64,000 bases of DNA from Candidatus Multivoradales bacterium (GTDB lineage Bacteria; Acidobacteriota; Thermoanaerobaculia; Multivoradales; Multivoraceae): NCBI GenBank assembly GCA_965223325.1, contig CBDCWI010000001.1, positions 1,600,001 to 1,664,000 of the forward strand, written 5' to 3'. Numbering within the stretch: position 1 is the stretch's first letter; the number at the start of each line of letters is the position of its first letter. Below are positions 59,809 to 64,000 of the stretch, in pieces. Under the pieces are notes generated by a model. The model was not told the origin of the DNA. It did no database searches and worked only from the letters and a program-made list of their open reading frames with translations. Made by a program: the position numbers and the translations under genes.

Positions 59809-62649
59809 ATGCAGTGTCCTCGGTGTGCCAAAGAGACTCCGGAAGGGAGCATCGTCTGCCCGTTCTGCGCATCGCCGCTCGGCGACGAGGACACGCCCAC
59901 TCCGGCTTCGGGCGAGGCGGCGACGCCCCTCAAGGCGACGAGTGCTGGCTCGGCGCTCGAGGATGCGCCTACGCTGATAGACGACGATCCCGGGAAATCG
60001 CCGGTTCGGGAGCCGGAGCCGCGCTCTACAAGCAGAACGCCGGCCGAAGCCGCCAGGTCGCTCCCCGACTCGAACCCGCATGGTCGCTTTCTCCCCGGCA
60101 CCATGGTTGCGGAACGCTATCGGATCGTCGGCCTGCTCGGCCGCGGCGGCATGGGTGAGGTCTACCGCGCTGACGATCTGAAGCTGGGCCAGCAGGTGGC
60201 GCTCAAGTTCCTGTCGCGCAAGATCGCGGCCGATCCCGCTCAGGTCGAGCTGCTCTTCGACGAGGTGCGAATGGCCCGCAAGGTCTCGCACCCGAACGTG
60301 TGCCGGGTCTGGGATGTCGGCGAGACCGACGGGCACCACTACGTCTCGATGGAGTACGTCGACGGTGAGGACCTGGCTTCGCTCCTGCGCCGCATTGGCC
60401 GCTTACCCGAAGACAAGGCAAGCGAGATCTCGCGCCAACTGTGCGCAGCCCTTGCCGCGGCGCACGACGAAGGAGTGCTCCATCGCGATCTGAAGCCAGC
60501 CAACATCATGCTCGACGGCCGCGGAAGGGTGAAGCTCACCGATTTCGGCCTCGCTGGGGTCGCCGAGGTTCGGGCTGGTACACCGATGTACATGGCACCG
60601 GAACAGATCGCGGGCGAGGGAGTCTCGGTCAAGAGCGACCTCTACTCACTTGGTCTCGTTCTGTACGAGCTCTTCACGGGAAAGAAGGTGTTCGAAGCCG
60701 CCAGTTTCGAGGAGCTGGCGCAAAAGCAGGCGAGCGACATCACGACCTCGCTCACCAATACGGGTCGCCTTGATCCAGCGATCGAGCGGCTCTTCCATCG
60801 CTGTCTCGAGAGGGATCCCGCCAAGCGCCCCGCTTCGGCTCTCGCGGTCGCTGCGGCCTTGCCAGGCGCCGATCCGCTGGCGGCTGCGTTGGCCGCCGGG
60901 GAAACGCCGTCTCCCGAGATGGTGGCCGAAGCCGGCGGCGAAGGGACCCTACCGCTCCGGATTGCGGTGCCGCTTCTCCTTCTGGCGATTCTGGGTGCCA
61001 TCGCCGTCGGGGTCCTGCAAGCCAACCGCAGTCTCATCAGCTGGGTGCCGTTTGACGCCTCGCCAACCGCTCTCGACATCCGCGCGGAGCAGATCCTCAG
61101 CGAGCTCGAGTACTCGACCGAACACCGCGATGTCGCCTCGTCGTTCACGACCGATCTCGCCTACATCCATTGGCTGCGCTCAGAAGACGCGCCCCCTGAG
61201 CGCTGGGAGACGGTCGCTCTCGGCCGACCGGCGTCGGTCGTGTTCTGGTGGCGGAGTTCGCCTGAGGTTCTCGTCCCCTTTGCCGGCGCCACCTCGGCCG
61301 GGCAGCCAGTCTCCTTGACCAACCCTCCGCTGACCACCCCCGGCATGATCGGAATGCAACTCGACACTCTGGGGAACCTGCTCTGGCTCGAGGTCGTACC
61401 CGAACGAGTCGCCGAGATCACCGCCGCCGATGCCACAGGCCAGGATGATGCCGTCGATTGGAGCGGCTTCTTCGATCTCATGGGTCTCGACATCGAAGCC
61501 TTCGTTCCGGTCGCGCCGCGCCTTTACCCCGATCACTTCGTCGACGCACGAGCCGCCTGGGAAGGAGCGCACCCTGGCGATCCAGAGGTCGCCCTCCGCA
61601 TCGAGGCAGCTTCCCTGGCGGGTCGACCCACCTCGCTGCGGATGTTCACCCCCTACAACCCATTCGAAAAGCCAACTACGGCAGCGGCCAACTCAGGGCT
61701 CAGCTTCGCAGCCGGGCTGGCGATCGCCGTTCTCCTCATCATCATCCTGTCGGCACTCACGGCGATCTTCGGGGGCCTCTATGTTGCGCAGCGCAATTGG
61801 CGAGCCGGCCGGGGTGATGTACGCGGTGCGCGACGGTTGGGGTTCGCGATGGCGAGTGCGTTGGCGGCGAGCTGGCTGTTCGGCAGCCACACCTACTCGC
61901 TGGCCGACATCAACGACTTCATCAAGATGCTGATGCTGGTCTGCGCCATGGCTGGGATCACCTGGGCTTTGTACCTCGCGGTCGAGCCGTTCATGCGCCG
62001 CCACGCACCCGAAGCGCTGATCGGCTGGACCCGCTTCCTCGACGGCCGCTTCGCCGACTCGTTGGTCGGGCGCGACCTCCTGATCGGATGTGCGACCGGG
62101 GCCCTGAGCCGGCTGCTCACCCTCGTGCCCATGGCAGCAGCCGAACGCAGCACGACGGCGGGTGCCTACATCGGCCTACCGCACGCTTCGGTTCTCGAGT
62201 TGGCGGAGCGAATGATCAACGACGTGGGATCGAGCCTCCTCCTCGCCCTGGGCCTCCTGTTTCTCTACAGCATCACCTTTCTCGCCCTCGGTCGCCGGCC
62301 CTGGGCGGCACTGCTGGTCTGGTTGGTGATCTTCGGCGCCCTCGGATTCCTGCCTGGCATCCGGGTGAACGGCGTGAGCATCGCCACCACTCCTCTCACC
62401 TCGGTTTTCTGGACCATCAACTGGGCCCTGTGGCTGTACGTTTTGTTTCGACGCGGCATCCTCGCCTTCCTGGTGATGGCAACCACCAGCTGGCTGCTCG
62501 CCGAAAGCCTCCCGACCCTCGACTTCTCTTCCTGGTACGGATCATCGATGACCGCCGGCTTGACGCTCTTCCTCGCCCTCACCGCCTACGCGTTCTATCG
62601 CTGCGTGGCCCTCCGCGGCGGACTCGCCGATGCGCTGGTGGGAGAGTGA
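59809..62649 (+). CDS. Membrane Ser/Thr protein kinase (Zn ribbon - kinase - TM - extracytoplasmic domain - multi-TM C-terminus)
   Basis: CPRC..CPFC, GRGGMG, VALK, HRDLKPAN, DFG, YMAPE; about 9 TM segments. Confidence 0.93.
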   Translation: MQCPRCAKETPEGSIVCPFCASPLGDEDTPTPASGEAATPLKATSAGSALEDAPTLIDDDPGKSPVREPEPRSTSRTPAEAARSLPDSNPHGRFLPGTMVAERYRIVGLLGRGGMGEVYRADDLKLGQQVALKFLSRKIAADPAQVELLFDEVRMARKVSHPNVCRVWDVGETDGHHYVSMEYVDGEDLASLLRRIGRLPEDKASEISRQLCAALAAAHDEGVLHRDLKPANIMLDGRGRVKLTDFGLAGVAEVRAGTPMYMAPEQIAGEGVSVKSDLYSLGLVLYELFTGKKVFEAASFEELAQKQASDITTSLTNTGRLDPAIERLFHRCLERDPAKRPASALAVAAALPGADPLAAALAAGETPSPEMVAEAGGEGTLPLRIAVPLLLLAILGAIAVGVLQANRSLISWVPFDASPTALDIRAEQILSELEYSTEHRDVASSFTTDLAYIHWLRSEDAPPERWETVALGRPASVVFWWRSSPEVLVPFAGATSAGQPVSLTNPPLTTPGMIGMQLDTLGNLLWLEVVPERVAEITAADATGQDDAVDWSGFFDLMGLDIEAFVPVAPRLYPDHFVDARAAWEGAHPGDPEVALRIEAASLAGRPTSLRMFTPYNPFEKPTTAAANSGLSFAAGLAIAVLLIIILSALTAIFGGLYVAQRNWRAGRGDVRGARRLGFAMASALAASWLFGSHTYSLADINDFIKMLMLVCAMAGITWALYLAVEPFMRRHAPEALIGWTRFLDGRFADSLVGRDLLIGCATGALSRLLTLVPMAAAERSTTAGAYIGLPHASVLELAERMINDVGSSLLLALGLLFLYSITFLALGRRPWAALLVWLVIFGALGFLPGIRVNGVSIATTPLTSVFWTINWALWLYVLFRRGILAFLVMATTSWLLAESLPTLDFSSWYGSSMTAGLTLFLALTAYAFYRCVALRGGLADALVGE

Positions 62650-62678
62650 CCCAGGCTGATCGCACCTTTAGGCCCGCC

Positions 62679-64000
62679 TCAGGGAACACTCTTCGACCAT
62701 CGGTCGACGCCGCCATCCTCAAAACTCCCGCTCCGGAAGACGCCGCCCCACTCGTGTGCCCCGGCGTCGAAGGCCGTGCCCATCGGGCGGTCCCAGAGAT
62801 GAAGATCGTCGCCACCGGAACCTGAAGGGCTGTCACAAAGATCGATCGCTGGAGAGTCGGCTGCAAGACGCTCGTCGCCGACACCTTGGAACCGCGGGTC
62901 GGCTACCAGAGTTTCGACGTGACCCGCCGGCAGTGCCGAGCCGTCACTCACAACATTGCACGCGATCACCGACGAGCCTGAAGGCGACCCGGAGATCAGA
63001 TCTCCCGAGTTGTCCCATTCGATCGAATTCCGCAAGTCGAGGCGACTGCCGTCGCTCACCGAGATGATCTCATCGCCGTTGCGGTGGCCGGTAAGGGTGG
63101 AGCCATCGATGGCGAGTCGGCCTGCCCCTGCGTTCGAGAAGCGAATGACGGGGCCCGAGACTGACTCTGGAGTGTCAGCAACAACCGAGGACGAGAGCGT
63201 CGTGACGGAAGAGCCGATCGCGTAGAGAAAGGCGACGCCTCCTTGCAGCGAGGCTGTGTTCCCGCGCGCCAGGATCCGGCCCAGATACGCCGGCGACTCA
63301 GTCGTATGAATGGCGCCGCCCGAAAGCGCGCTGTTCGAGAACATTTCGACGCACGGACCCACCACAAATCGACAGCCGAAACCGGTGCGGCCCAGTTCGA
63401 CGAGCGCCAGTTCGCCGTAGACCGCACCGCCGTTCGTGGCACCGTTGTTCTCGAAACGCACGCCGTCGAGACTGAGCTCAGCTTCAGTGCCCGAGACCCA
63501 AACGCCGCCGCCGAAGATTTCCGCCGTGTTGGCCGAGAACAAATGGAGCCCGGCAGCTGCCGTCGAAGTCACTCTCGAGGTACCGTGCGCTGCGATGGCA
63601 CCGCCGTCGGTATCCGCCTCATTAGCCATCCATACGTTGGTTCCATCGCCGCTCAGGCCGGTTCCAGGATCGCCATGGTAGATGCGAACATCACAGTCCC
63701 TTGCCAAGATCGCACCACCCCTGTCGGCACTGGTGTTGGATTCGAAGGTCGCACCCTCTAGTTGTAGCGTGCCGCCGCCCGTGCACAGAATGGCTCCACC
63801 CCCGAGACCCATACCGTCCGTGGCGTGGTTGTTGAAGAACCACGAGTCGCGGATTGTAAGGAAGGACTCCTCAGCAGCCACCGCCCCGCCTTCGAGCGAC
63901 TGGTTGTCGACAACCTGCACTCTCTCGAGCAACAGATGGGCTCCCCGGGTCCAGATCGCGGCGCCGGAAGTCGGCAGGCCAGGAACGCCCCGGCCAGAGC
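62679..64000 (-). CDS. Secreted right-handed beta-helix (polymorphic membrane protein-like GGAI/FxxN repeats); 5' end beyond the window
   Basis: Repeated FxxN.A..GGAI; C-terminal SPAID..DAGAHE and VFRSGSFEDG..W tail. Confidence 0.75.
   Translation of the reverse strand, partial: SGRGVPGLPTSGAAIWTRGAHLLLERVQVVDNQSLEGGAVAAEESFLTIRDSWFFNNHATDGMGLGGGAILCTGGGTLQLEGATFESNTSADRGGAILARDCDVRIYHGDPGTGLSGDGTNVWMANEADTDGGAIAAHGTSRVTSTAAAGLHLFSANTAEIFGGGVWVSGTEAELSLDGVRFENNGATNGGAVYGELALVELGRTGFGCRFVVGPCVEMFSNSALSGGAIHTTESPAYLGRILARGNTASLQGGVAFLYAIGSSVTTLSSSVVADTPESVSGPVIRFSNAGAGRLAIDGSTLTGHRNGDEIISVSDGSRLDLRNSIEWDNSGDLISGSPSGSSVIACNVVSDGSALPAGHVETLVADPRFQGVGDERLAADSPAIDLCDSPSGSGGDDLHLWDRPMGTAFDAGAHEWGGVFRSGSFEDGGVDRWSKSVP

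Overview
A high-GC (roughly two-thirds G+C by eye) bacterial chromosomal segment with about 50 tightly packed genes. The gene types (FADGFE-tailed surface proteins, membrane Ser/Thr kinase, vWA-PilY1, IcmF) suggest an Acidobacteriota/Thermoanaerobaculia-like host, which is an inference. Most genes are housekeeping or metabolic: glcD/glcE, lepB, ampG, msrP, fghA/frmA, cls, icmF, a desaturase, lemA-TPM-TPM, fdhD, a glutamate dehydrogenase, gcvP, leuC/leuD and menB. The one clearly accessory locus is 10908-13273. There a complete endonuclease-less group II intron (10963-12872, minus strand, intact RT/maturase) sits precisely inside the first copy of a ~193-bp tandem, hairpin-rich intergenic repeat, between convergent pilY1-like and DUF819 genes. 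The intron's EBS1 (CAAGCG) is complementary to the repeat at the insertion point. The next repeat copy is an empty intact target and the third carries a target mismatch. The intron 5' end is non-canonical (GAUACG), and both flanking gene ends show a local synonymous-codon skew. I recognised no tRNA, rRNA or CRISPR array. All calls come from motif recognition and hand alignment, not database searches.
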